Origin: Heteronotia binoei
Lineage: Eukaryota
Assembly: GCF_032191835.1 (NCBI RefSeq)
Contig: NC_083237.1
Span: 17,112,001 to 17,176,000 of the forward strand
Reading direction: 5' to 3'
DNA length: 64,000 nt
Shown: piece after piece, positions 15,211-25,888 of the stretch
Layout: each line of letters starts with the position of its first letter
How positions within the stretch are numbered: the first letter of the stretch is position 1
Translations under genes and position numbers: made by a program
The notes under the pieces: generated by a model
The model's database searches: none
What the model saw: the letters and a program-made list of their open reading frames with translations, nothing else
What the model was told of the DNA's origin: nothing

Positions 15211-15789
15211 GCCCCAACTCCGCGCCTTGCAAAACACCCGTATGTCGGGTGATATTGGTGCCCCTCCCTCCTTCCGGGGGTGCAAAGACGGCCCCCAGCC
15301 TATAGCTTGCCAGCTGGCTCGGCTGGGAAGGGGCCGGACCTTTCTCACAATACAAGAACTCGTGGGCATTCGATGAAATTGCTGAGCAGACAGGTTAAAA
15401 CGGATAAAAGGAAGTACTTCTTCACCCAAAGGGTGATTAACATGTGGAATTCACTGCCACAGGAGGTGGTGGCGGCCACAAGTATAGCCACCTTCAAGAG
15501 GGGTTTAGATAAAAATATGGAGCACAGGTCCATCAGTGGCTATTAGCCACAGTGTATGTGTGTATATAAAATTTTTTGCCACTGTGTGACACAGAGTGTT
15601 GGACTTGATGGGCCATTGGCCTGATCCAACACGGCTTCTCTTATGTTCTTATGTTCTTAAAGAGGGAAAGGGCTTTTCACTTCCTATCCATATGCACAGG
15701 CTTTTGAAGAGTTACTCTAGTTTAAACACACTGATGGGTCTTGGTAATAAGTCAGAGCTGACTTATGGCAATTCCATAGGGATTTCAAG

Positions 15790-16150
15790 ACAAGAATCCA
15801 AAAGAGCTTTTTGCCATTGCCTCTGCATAGCAGCCCTGGACTTCATTAGGGTTTGTAGAATCTTTCGGGATCAAGTGCCGTGTTCTACTGGAGAAAGTTT
15901 TCCTTCCAGACGTTTCATTGAGAACGTTGAAACGCTGAGAACGAAACGTCTGGAAGGAAAACTTTCTCCAGTAGAACACGGCACCTGATCCCGAAAGATT
16001 CTACAAACCCTAATGATGTTACCAGCCATGAAAACCTGAAATCTTTGATAGCCCTGGACTTCTTTGGTGATCTCTCATCCAAGTACTCACCAGGGCCAGT
16101 CCCACTTACCTTCCAAGATCTGATCACATCCGGCTAACTTGTGCCATCCA
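15790..16150 (-). mobile_element. 5S rRNA-derived SINE interrupted by the 15845-16049 insertion
   Basis: Reverse complement resembles the 5S segment GATCT..GAAG.TAAG...TACTTGGATG.GAGA. Boundaries approximate. Confidence 0.55.
15845..16049. mobile_element. Short retroposed insertion with inverted 5' part, Penelope-like terminal sequence
   Basis: 74-bp arms 15843-15916 / 15943-16016 (73/74 complementary); 13-bp TSD AGCCCTGGACTTC (15832-15844, 16050-16062). Penelope assignment from recalled GAAACGTC..GAAAAC motif. Confidence 0.6.
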
Positions 16151-17938
16151 GGTTGTGGGCTTAGCCTGGCGTAGGGATGACAGCCTCCAGGTGAAACCTG
16201 GGGGGTCCCCTGAATTATAGCTCATCTCCAGACCAAAGAGATCGATTCTCCTGAAGAAAATGAATGCTTTGGAGGGTGGACTCTATGGCATTGTACACCA
16301 CTGATGTCTCTCTGCCTTCCCCAGTCTCCAGGAGTTCCCCAGCCTGGATCTGGCAACCCTGCCTCTCACCCCATCCCTACTGGTGGCCAAGGGGAACTGG
16401 GCAATCCTAGCCTGGAGTAATTCTGCAGAGGATTTCTTTCAGTGGACTTATCATACTGATTTGATCTAGGGGAAGACTAGATTTTGAAGGCACAGATGCG
16501 TGCCATTGTAACAGGTACCTTGGGCCTGACAGACTCAGACCTCTTCCGCACCTCAGTGTTGCCGCTGTTTACAAGGGACGTTGCATGGCGACACTCTAGT
16601 TTTTGGGCTAAGCTCTATGGTTTGATGCCGATTTTACCATAGAATTTTGCCGAAAAACCACAGGGTCACCCCCAGTGTCACTGATGCAATGATGTCACTT
16701 CTGGGTGATGTCAGCACATTGGACAATATCATTGCTCACTCCCAGAGTGCCCCTCAATCCCCCTACGGGCCCAATGATCCCACCTGGCAACCTTACTTAA
16801 AATAGACAAGGTAATGACTTAATGATCTTCACTTGGTTCACTCAAAACAAGGTTCACTCAAAACAAATTAACTCTCTTCTGCAAAATGCTTTCCCCACCT
16901 CCTTTCACACAGACAAGGTCAAATTGCTCCAAATGGCCCTTAAGGATTTTCTCTTGACATCAGTGCCACTTTCCTAATCTGAAGCAGCCCTGGTGAACCA
17001 CCATTTGCCCCACTGAGGAAACATTAACGGTATCCATAGCAAGACCTCATCACGCCCTTTATGTTTGCCCCGGGAAGGCTATTTCCATTTGGTAAATAGC
17101 ACAGACAGGAAGACTCAACACACCTCAACCCCAGTCCTTCCTTGCCATTATCTCAATCTAAATGAGAGGCCTATGTTTTTAAAAGAAAAAAAAGGGGAAA
17201 GGAGAAAAAATCACTTGGGAGCTCGGTCAAGGAACCCCCTCCATTTTCAGGTATGGTTTGGACTTAAGGCCACACAGTAGGTCCGTGGCAGTCTCCGTGT
17301 GCTGTTCCAGCTCCTGTATGTTTGTTTTCCAGAGCTAATCAGGGACCTTTGTGAACATAGCACAAGAGAGGACAAAGTGCAGATTAGCTTCCAGGTCACA
17401 TACACTCTGAAAGTGTATGTGTGTGTGGTGCCTGTGGGAGAAGCCGCAGCTCCCCTGGACATACAATACCCTTAGCTGCCTATTGGTTTATAAAATCACA
17501 AAATCTATCAAGTGACCTGAAGGGAAGGTCCTGGCAAAGTGCTTGGCCCTATCATGCCAGATACTTTAGCCACGTGTGTGCCCCCTCTGCTCCCTCTCCT
17601 ACAGATACACCCAACCGGTTTCATAGGCCCTGCGCAAACCAGAAAAGGTTTCAGGAAGCCAGAGCAAAAAAAGGCTGAAGTACAGAACTCTGACTTGCCT
17701 GAAAGGGGAGTAAAATCAGTAAGTAGCCGTTGCTTTTCTGCAGTAGTGCTTTTGAGCGGCAGTGGCAGCAGGCAGTGGAGGGGCAGCATGGTTTTCTTAG
17801 ATAAGGGGGGAGGGCAGAATATTCCCATATTTAATAGTATCTCTTTTGTAGGCTTTCTAGAAAATGGATTTCAAATCTGACCTTGAAGAGTTCGACATCA
17901 GCCCCATCAAACGGGCAAAACTAGTGGAAGCTGCACAT

Positions 17939-18466
17939 TAGGGTTGCCAAGTCCAATTTAAGAAATATCTGGGGACTTTGGGGGTGGAGCCAGGAGACTT
18001 TGGGGTGGAGCCAGGAGACGTTAGGGGTGGAGCCAAGATCAAGGCTGTGACAAGCATAATTGAACTCCAAAGGGAGTTCTGGCCATCACATTTAAAGGGA
18101 AAGCACACCTTTTCAATGCCTTCCTTCCATAGGAAATAATGAAGGATAGGGGCACCTTCTTTTGGGGCTCATAGAATTGGACCCCCTAGTCCAATCGTTT
18201 TGAAACTTGGGGGATATTTTGGGGAGAGACACTAGATGCTGTACGGAAAATTTGGTGCCTCTACCTCAAAAAACAGCCCCCCTCCAGAGCCCCAGATACC
18301 CGCTGATCAATTCTCCATGATTTTCTAAGGGAATAAATCGCCATAGGGAATAAGAGTTCCCCACAGACATTTCCCTCCCCTCCCCCCGCTTTCTGACGAC
18401 CCTGAAGTGGGGGGAGGGCCTCCAAACCAGGGGATCCCCTGCCCCACCTGGGGATTGGCAACCCTA
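17939..18466. mobile_element. hAT-like MITE inserted in SULT-B coding exon 1
   Basis: TIRs TAGGGTTGCCAA / TTGGCAACCCTA; 8-bp TSD CTGCACAT / TTGCACAT. Confidence 0.88.
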
Positions 18467-19684
18467 TTGCACATCAATACGGCAGAGCATTGGGGTCTCT
18501 TGTGGGCCTTTGCAGCCCAGCCAAAATCTTCTGATCTCCACTTATCCCAAAGCAGGTAGCAGAGCTAGAAGGAGGTTGGGAAATACCTGGAGATTTTGGG
18601 GGTGGGGCCTGAGGAGAACAGGGTTGAAGAGGGGAGGGACCTCAGCAGAATACAGTGCCATATAATCCACCTTCCAAAGCAGCCATTTTATCCAGGAGAA
18701 CTGCTCTTGGTCATCTGGAGCTCAATTGTGGCAACCCTAGCTTGATATGGAACCAGAACCCTGGCAAAACAAAAGGTGGTTGACTATGGAACTGTGGGGA
18801 TTGGAGGCCAGTGGCTGAATTACCACTTCATTTATCTTCCTCCCTCCCTCAGGGACCACCTGGATCCAGGAAATTGTGGACATGGTCCAACAGGGAGGGG
18901 ACCCACAGAAATGTGCTCGGGCCCCAACACACAAGCGTATGCCCTACATAGATTTGTTCCTTCCCAGACCCATGACTTCAGGTGAGTAGGAGGTACTGTT
19001 TCAGGAAATAGCTGTCTAGTTCTGGGGAAGGTGTTCTCAGCATGAACCCCTCCTGGACTTGCCACCTGGTGTTTCAGGCCTGGAAGATGCAGAGGCTTTA
19101 CCTTCTCCAAGGACCATCAAAACTCACCTCCCCATTCAACTGGTGCCTCCTTCCTTCTGGGCACAGAACTGCAAGGTCAGGACAACTTGGGGGAGGGGAC
19201 TGGGGGTAAGGCGGGATTGAATATAATTAATCTCTGGGACTTCTTCACTTCTGGGTTCCCTCTTGTTTCTGCTGTATTTCCACAGGTCATTTATGTGGCT
19301 AGGAATGCCAAACACAATGCAGTGGTGTGGCGGGGAAGAGCCCTTGTGTGAGGGTGCAGCGCCTTGCCGCCCCATCCCCACCCTCCCCCATTTTGGGGGG
19401 TCTTTTAGGGTACCTTTTACGCCGATCATAGTGGTAAGAGGGCAGCAGGTGCACAGCTGGTGCAAGGTCCGCGGTGCGAGCCGGGCCTCGCCCCCCCCCC
19501 CGCTTCACGCACTCTGCGGCGTGACTGAGGTCAAGTGGGGCCCCTAGGGCAGTCAGTGCTCTCGAGTGTGGGCACCCCCTCCCCAATCAGTGCGGCTAGC
19601 CCATCCTCGGCATTTGAGCGGGCAAACAAGGCCCATGCGGGCGGCGCGCAGGCCTTCGCCAGCAGTAGCCGGGTGGCAAAAGGC

Positions 19685-21100
19685 ATGGCTCCCAAGAAGG
19701 GCCAGGGCACTTCCAAAGGGAAGCAACCCGCTAAGAAACGTACCCAGCGGCCTGCTTCCCCCGTGGACCTGGGTGAGGAGGCCCAGTTGAGGCAAGCCAT
19801 TATTGGGCAGTTGGAAACCCACGAGCAGCAGAGGGGAGCGGCCGGGGCCCCTACTTGGGAGGGACGACACCGGGCGTCGGCACGTTCCTCTAAAATGACA
19901 TTTGAGAAGGAAGTTCTTGCTCGCCTTTCTGCCTTACAGGGTGCATCGGCGGATAAGCAGCAGGGGTCAGACCAAGAGGATGAGGCTGATTTGGAGGCAG
20001 CAGGCAGTGGAGAACAGCCTACGCCGGGACCTGAAGGGGAAATTCCACATCCAGATCCGGCTGTGGTGGTATCCCCTCCTGTGGTTCCGGGTAAATCACA
20101 GACACTGCCCCAGTTGCTGTGCTGGCCGTGGGGTCCGGTGCAGCCGGCCCCCTCCCCACAAGGCTGGGGGGGCTCGGTGACGGCGGCGGCGGGACAGCCT
20201 GGGCCTATGGGGTACCTCTTGGGCCTGGGGCCCACCCTGTGCGGCGCCTCAATACCAGGGGGCGATTGGGCCTGTTTCTCACCCCCCCGGGCAGGGGACA
20301 GCCACACCCTCAACACAAGGCAGTCCTGCGTCTGTGACGACAGCGAGCATACTGCCCTGGGGGAGTCAGCAGCAGACGCCTCAGCTGGGAGGGTGGCCTG
20401 GGTGCCAGTGGGGGACATGGCATTATCCCCCCAATCTGTACGGGTCTATTCCCTTCTATGCCTTGCCATATGGGGATACCACCCTACCGCTAGGCGATCA
20501 TTTAACGGCAGCGACTAGGGATAAAATATTGAGGGGTGAATACATGGACGTGTTCAGTCTTCTCTTCAGGGAGCTCGAGAAAAAGGACAAAGATGAGCTC
20601 GATGATAAGGAGAAAGAGAAGCTGAAGCGCCGTAAGGTGGATAGGACCTGGGCCAACTGGTTGCCGGGTTTCCTGATTTACGTGGGTGTTATTGCCAGGG
20701 CACAGCCTACACGGGCTGCAGCGTTGTTTCAATATTGTGACATCGTGCGTATACAGATTTCGTAGGTGCAGCGTGGTTACAATATGACCAGGCCTTCCGG
20801 ATGCGTGCTGCTGTCAATCCAGGGCTTCCATGGGATCAGATCAACCAGCAGCTCTGGCTCCAGTTGATGTCCCCTGCGAAGCCCAATACGGGGGACAGGG
20901 CTGATAGCGGGCACTTAGTACAGAGACAGCAGAGCAGGGCAGGGGCCCGCAGTGTCGCGGGCCAGTCGGTTCAACCCCGGCTGCTTTGCTGGGAATTTAC
21001 GTCCAAGGGCGTCTGTTCCAGGAATTCCTGCAGATTCAGACACGAATGTCCATTGTGTGGCGGGTCTCACGCCTTCTCAGCCTGCAGTAAATCGAAGGGA
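19685..21100 (+). pseudogene. Element 2 gag (frameshifted)
   Basis: MAPKKGQG...; frames switch near 20340-20400 and 20750; zinc fingers CWEFTSKGVCSRNSCRFRHECPLCGGSHAFSAC. Confidence 0.85.
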
Positions 21101-22705
21101 GCCAGCAGCCACCTGGAAAAGGGGCCCAGCCCCATTCATCTGAGGGTACTTAGGCGGCTGCTGGCCGGTTACCCCCTGACAGTCGATAAGGAATATTTAC
21201 TGGCGGGTTTTACTTATGGATTCAGGATTCCTTACCAGGGACCTGGGGTCCCTGGTTCGGCTCCTAATTTGCCCTCTGTAAAGGGGATGAAAAAGATGGT
21301 AAGGGATAAGATAGCGAAAGAATGTAGGGAAGGCAGGGTTATTGGCCCATTTGATGCCCCCCCCCCTTGTCCACATTATGGATATCCCCCTTAGGAGTTG
21401 TGCTAAGAAGGCGCCGGGGGAATACCGTTTGATACATCATCTATCTTACGCCAAGGGAGGATCGGTGAATGACACCATCCCTGAAGTTTTTTGCTCCGTC
21501 AGGTACACCTCCTTTGATCAAGAGATCAAGGTGGTGCGCGCTTGCGGCGTAGGGGCCGAAATGGCAAAATGCGACATTAAGTCTGCATTTCGTCTTCTGC
21601 CAGTTCACCCAAAGGATTTTGATTTGTTGGGTTTTGCATTTGAAGGAAAATATTATATGGACAGGGCCTGCCCATGGGTTGTTCTGTGTCCTGTGTGGCT
21701 TTTGAAAGATTTAGTTCTTTTATGGAATGGGCAGTCAGGGCCAGGTCAGGGTTGAATGACACCATTCACTACCTGGATGACATCTTTTCGTGGGCCCCGC
21801 TGGGTCCGGTCAATGTGCCAGATTACTGCATGCATTTGAGGATCTCGCGCAAGAACTTGGTGTGCCATTGGCACACGAGAAGACAGAGGGCCCCAAGGCA
21901 GTCCTTACGTTTTTAGGCATCGAATTGGGCACCGTGCAGCAAACTTCTAGGCTGCCAGCTGACAAGGTTGAGGGCCTTAGGGCCAGGTTGGCCACCCTTA
22001 AACAGCAACGCAAGATGTCGCTTTTGGAGCTGCAGCAGTTGGTGGGGCATCTCAACTTTGCATGCAAAGTGGTTGCCCCGGGCAGGGCATTCCTGCGGCG
22101 TCTATGCAACGCAATGTTGGCCTTGAAGTCCCCCCACCACAGATTACGGGTGAATGCTGGCATGCGGGGAGACCTGGAAGTGTGGGAGGAATTTTTGAAT
22201 TCCTTCAATGGAACTTCGTTCTGGCGGGATGATTTGAAGATAGAGGCGGAACTCCAGATCTCCTCCGACGCTTCCGGGGCTACTGGTTTTGGAGTATACT
22301 TCAGGGGGCACTGGTGCGCGGAGCAGTGGCCTGATGCGTGGTCGGACAGCGGGTTATGTCGTGACCTAACCTTCTTGGAGTTTTTTCCCATCTTGGTAGC
22401 CGTTTGGCTCTGGGGTGATCAGTTGTCCAACCATACAGTGCACTTCTGGTGTGATAACATGGCGGTTGTACATGTTATCAACTCCTTGTCTTCAAAATCA
22501 GTCGTGGTGATGAACTTGGTCCGAGCTTTTACTTTACGTTGCTGTGGTTGAATATATTGTTTCTCGCCCGGCACGTCCCAGGAGTTTGTAATGGGGTGGC
22601 GGACGCACTATCTCGTCAACAGATGGAGCGTTTTTGCCTACTTGCTCTGGAGGCGGACCAACGACCAGCACGAATGCCACCAGAGCTTTGGCACCTTGAG
22701 AGGTG
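21100..22705 (+). pseudogene. Element 2 reverse transcriptase / RNase H (frameshifted)
   Basis: YRLIHHLS, KCDIKSAFRLLP, PMGCSVSC, HYLDD; RNase H SDAS...LEFFPI...WCDNMAVV. Confidence 0.9.
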
Positions 22706-23775
22706 AAAGCCGGTAGGGCAATTCAACTGGCTCTAACGCCTAGCACCAGAAAAGCCTATGGGAGGGCAGAATTACAATTTCGGCGCTTCAGGACAGACGT
22801 GGGGCTCTTAGACAGCTGGCCGGTCCCGGTTAGTCAGTCAGTCAGTCAGTCACTTTTTATTTGTATCCCGCCCTCCCCGCCAAAGCGGCTCAGGGCGGCT
22901 AACAACAAGAACTTAATGCATACATTGTACAATAATAACAATAAATAACATTTTAACTACAATTGATTAAAATCTATTAAAATTCTAAAAAGACATGATT
23001 ACCCACATGATTCAGTTTTGTGTGCATCAAAAGGAGAAGGGGTTAAGCCTGAAATCCATTAAGGGGCAATTGGCAGCATTAGCATTCCTTAGTAAAGCCC
23101 AGGGTTTCCCCGATTTTACCAGCGATTTCAGGATTAGGAAGATGTTGGAGGGCTGGTTAAGGGAACGGGGGCCCAGGGTCGACCCGCGGCAGCCAATTTC
23201 TCCTTTAGTGCTTCAGGGGCTTCACAGGGTATGGCCGGAGGTCTGTTCCTCTTCGTTTGAGGCCTCCCTGTTCCATGCGGCCTCCTTGGTCGCCTTTTTC
23301 GGGGCATTATGGATCAGCGAGCTAGTGGTGCAGTCAAAGGGAGACCAGTCCGGCCGGGCCCTAGGGTTTGCTGATGTGAAGTTTGCAGGAGCACAGGTCA
23401 AACTGACTGTGTGCCGGTCAAAAACCGATCAATATTAGAGGGGGACAGTACTCGTTATTGGCCAATGCGTTACAGCGGAGCTATGCCCAGTCAGAGCTTT
23501 AGAGCAATATATTGCCCATAGGGGAGAGGGCGAGGGACCCTTTTTTAGGCATGCCAATGGCCCTCCCCTCACGAAGTACCAATTTTGGGCAATAACTGGG
23601 AGAGCCCTGGCCCAGCTGGGTTTGGGTGGGGTCAAGTTCGGGACCCATTCATTCCGTATAGGGGCCGCATTTACAGCGGCAGCTATGGGATATGCCCCCC
23701 CTCCCCGCTATTCAGCAGATGGGCCAGTGGCGTTCCGCTGCTTATAGGTCTTATGTCCGCCCATTGGTCGGTTAA
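22703..23775 (+). pseudogene. Element 2 tyrosine recombinase (disrupted)
   Basis: GALWISELV (catalytic R mutated to W), RSKTDQ, CPVRAL, THSFRIGAA, GQWRSAAYRSY. TAG at 23436, frameshift near 23700, retroposon insert at about 22829-22997. Confidence 0.88.
22829..22997 (-). mobile_element. Short SINE/LINE 3' fragment with (TCAG)n inserted in the recombinase
   Basis: Interrupts WPVPV|THMIQF; similar sequence near 38630-38700. Confidence 0.65.
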
Positions 23776-23848
23776 GTTTTCGTATGGTTAGCAAATGTTG
23801 CGCGTTGGCATGTTGTTTTCGGTGTCTGACTTCTTTTCTGTTTTTCAG

Positions 23849-24453
23849 GTGCTGTGGCTCGTAGTGGGAGGCATCGCATCCTCATCTGCGGGCACAGCAT
23901 GGTGTTTTGGGCGGCCCACCATGCAAGGAGATCCCCGATTGGTACTCAGCTGGGTCTCAGCAAGTGGGCGACAGTGGAGTGGCTTGGGCGCCGTGGCCTG
24001 CGTTGGCCAGGCATTATGCCGCTTCTTTTCCAGGAAAGGAAGGCGCCCCCCCCCCCAGATATCCTGGTCATTCACCTGGGTGGGAATGACCTGGGCTTTA
24101 TGAAGGGCAAGGCCCTGTCCCTGCAAGCACAGGAGGACATGGAAGCCATCAAGTGGAGGTGGCTGGGGGTCCTTTTGATTTGGTCGGCAATTTTGCCGCT
24201 CAGGGTCTGGCGGCCCGCCCTACATCCTGGGGCAATCGAGTGGGCCAGATGCAAGGCCAACCGGGCCTTGCAAAAGGCCATGGAAGGGGGCATGGGCATA
24301 TTCCTCCCCAATCCGGCTATACGGGTCGGGAATCCGGACCTGTACAGACCGGATGGAGTTCATTTATCTGAATTCAGAAACCGGGCCTTTTTGGACAAGC
24401 TTAAGAGGGGGTTGCAGGCAGCTCTGGGCTGCCCGGTGGGCGCAAATGCCTAA
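23849..24453 (+). CDS. SGNH/GDSL-like hydrolase of Ngaro element 2 (open reading frame, no ATG before the catalytic Ser; probable spliced exon)
   Basis: Blocks ILICGHS, WLGRRG, HLGGND, DGVH. In-frame TGA at 23827-23829 upstream; CTGAC branch point, pyrimidine tract and CAG acceptor at 23826-23848. Confidence 0.8.
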
Positions 24454-25158
24454 GCAGAAGCTTGGAATTGGCGGTGGCAGGATGAGGTATTGGCTACAGC
24501 ATTTGTTTGGGGAGCACCTATGGCTCGGCACCATAGGTGCCCGTGGTCTGTACGAACTGCAGATGGGCTCCATGGCTCAGTGCGGGGAGTGCAGATCACG
24601 ACAAAACCTCACAGCGGTGGATTCTTCCATTGGGTTGGATATAGGCCTACGTGGAGGTGGCGTTTGAGCCTGGCTGCTCAGCACCAGCCGGATGATATTC
24701 GGCTTGGGCTGGGGGCAGGGTGGCTCGCCCTCCTAGGACAAGGCGGGGTCCAGGGTTTGACCCCAGGGCTTATCCTGTTAGGCTTTTGACCTCTTGCCAT
24801 CCCTGCTCATTCAAGCTGTGTTTAATAAAGCAGCCCTTTTTCATCCAACTTTGTGTCTGCCTCTTTTTCCGATTGGGGGGGCAAATAGTATGGATATACG
24901 TTTTATCACAGGAACTAGCTGGGGTTAGTTAGCAGAACATGCTAGGAAATGGGTTAGTTCCTGAAGAAATGGCTACTAAATTTTTCTTCCTTTTTAGAAT
25001 ATAGAAGGTTGAGACTTTTGCTAAGCAGTTGGTGTCACAATTGTATAATAGATGTGGCATATTTTTGTTATACTGTCTTTTTAAATGTTTAAAACCTTTT
25101 AAAGTCCACTATTTTCTTTTCAACCCTACAAAAAGTTGTAAATATCAAGTGGTGATGA

Positions 25159-25362
<204 letters not shown>

Positions 25363-25888
25363 TGAGGTAGTTATTTTACCTATGAAGGAGTGCTGCTGCT
25401 AGAAGTACCCTAAGGAATTACTTTGTTATGTTGGGTTCTCACAGCAGTGCTTCCGTTAAACAATAAACAACAGCTTAATAGCAGCCCAAAATCCCATCAG
25501 CAGTCTTGTCTCTCCCTAGGACCCAGCCCGGGAAATCCAGAAAGTAGCCCAGTTCCTTGGTATAGAGCTCACAGAACCAGTTCTGAAAAGGATCATACAC
25601 CACACAATGTTTGAGAACATGAAAACCAACCCGATGGCTAATTACAGCACTTTGCCTTCTTCCGTCTTGGACCAAGCTGTGTCGCCTTTCATGAGAAAAA
25701 GTGGGTGTTGCAGGCTGACCTGATCTCAGTTCTGAGAGGGGAGGAAAGACCTTTGTGGGAATCATTAGATTTGGGTGCAGAAAGTGACATAACATTCTGG
25801 CAGTCATCCTAAAGTAACAAAAGTCAGCTGTAGAAATGTAAACAGTAATTTTGGACTCAGAACATTGTTAAAGGAGGTGGGGTTGATG

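Larger units (their letters stand above)
11128..15342 (-). mobile_element. Ngaro-type DIRS retrotransposon, element 1: complete termini, internally deleted (non-autonomous)
   Basis: Split direct repeats in minus-strand order A1 (15161-15342), B1 (11869-12269), A2 (11691-11872), B2 (11128-11528). A copies identical over 182 bp; one mismatch seen in the 401-bp B copies. Contains gag, a pol stub and a decayed SGNH relic. Confidence 0.92.
10983..15658 (+). mobile_element. 5'-truncated CR1 LINE split by Ngaro element 1 (CR1 parts about 10983-11131 and 15339-15658)
   Basis: [29 protein letters not shown] continues as SHNTRTRGHSMKL...KYFFTQRVINMWNSLP after the insert. (TTCTTATG)n tail. Contiguous in the copy at 49137-50044. 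Confidence 0.92.
19325..24884 (+). mobile_element. Ngaro-type DIRS retrotransposon, element 2: decayed, 5'-truncated, single B repeat
   Basis: Order gag, RT, RNase H, tyrosine recombinase, SGNH hydrolase, B repeat (AATAAA 24824-24829) ending CCGATTGGGGGGGCAA like the element 1 B end. No methyltransferase seen, consistent with Ngaro rather than DIRS1-like. Confidence 0.9.

Noticed and set aside
22550-22705. DNA adenine methyltransferase expected in DIRS1-like elements
   Set aside because: RNase H runs directly into the recombinase; no methyltransferase motifs seen.
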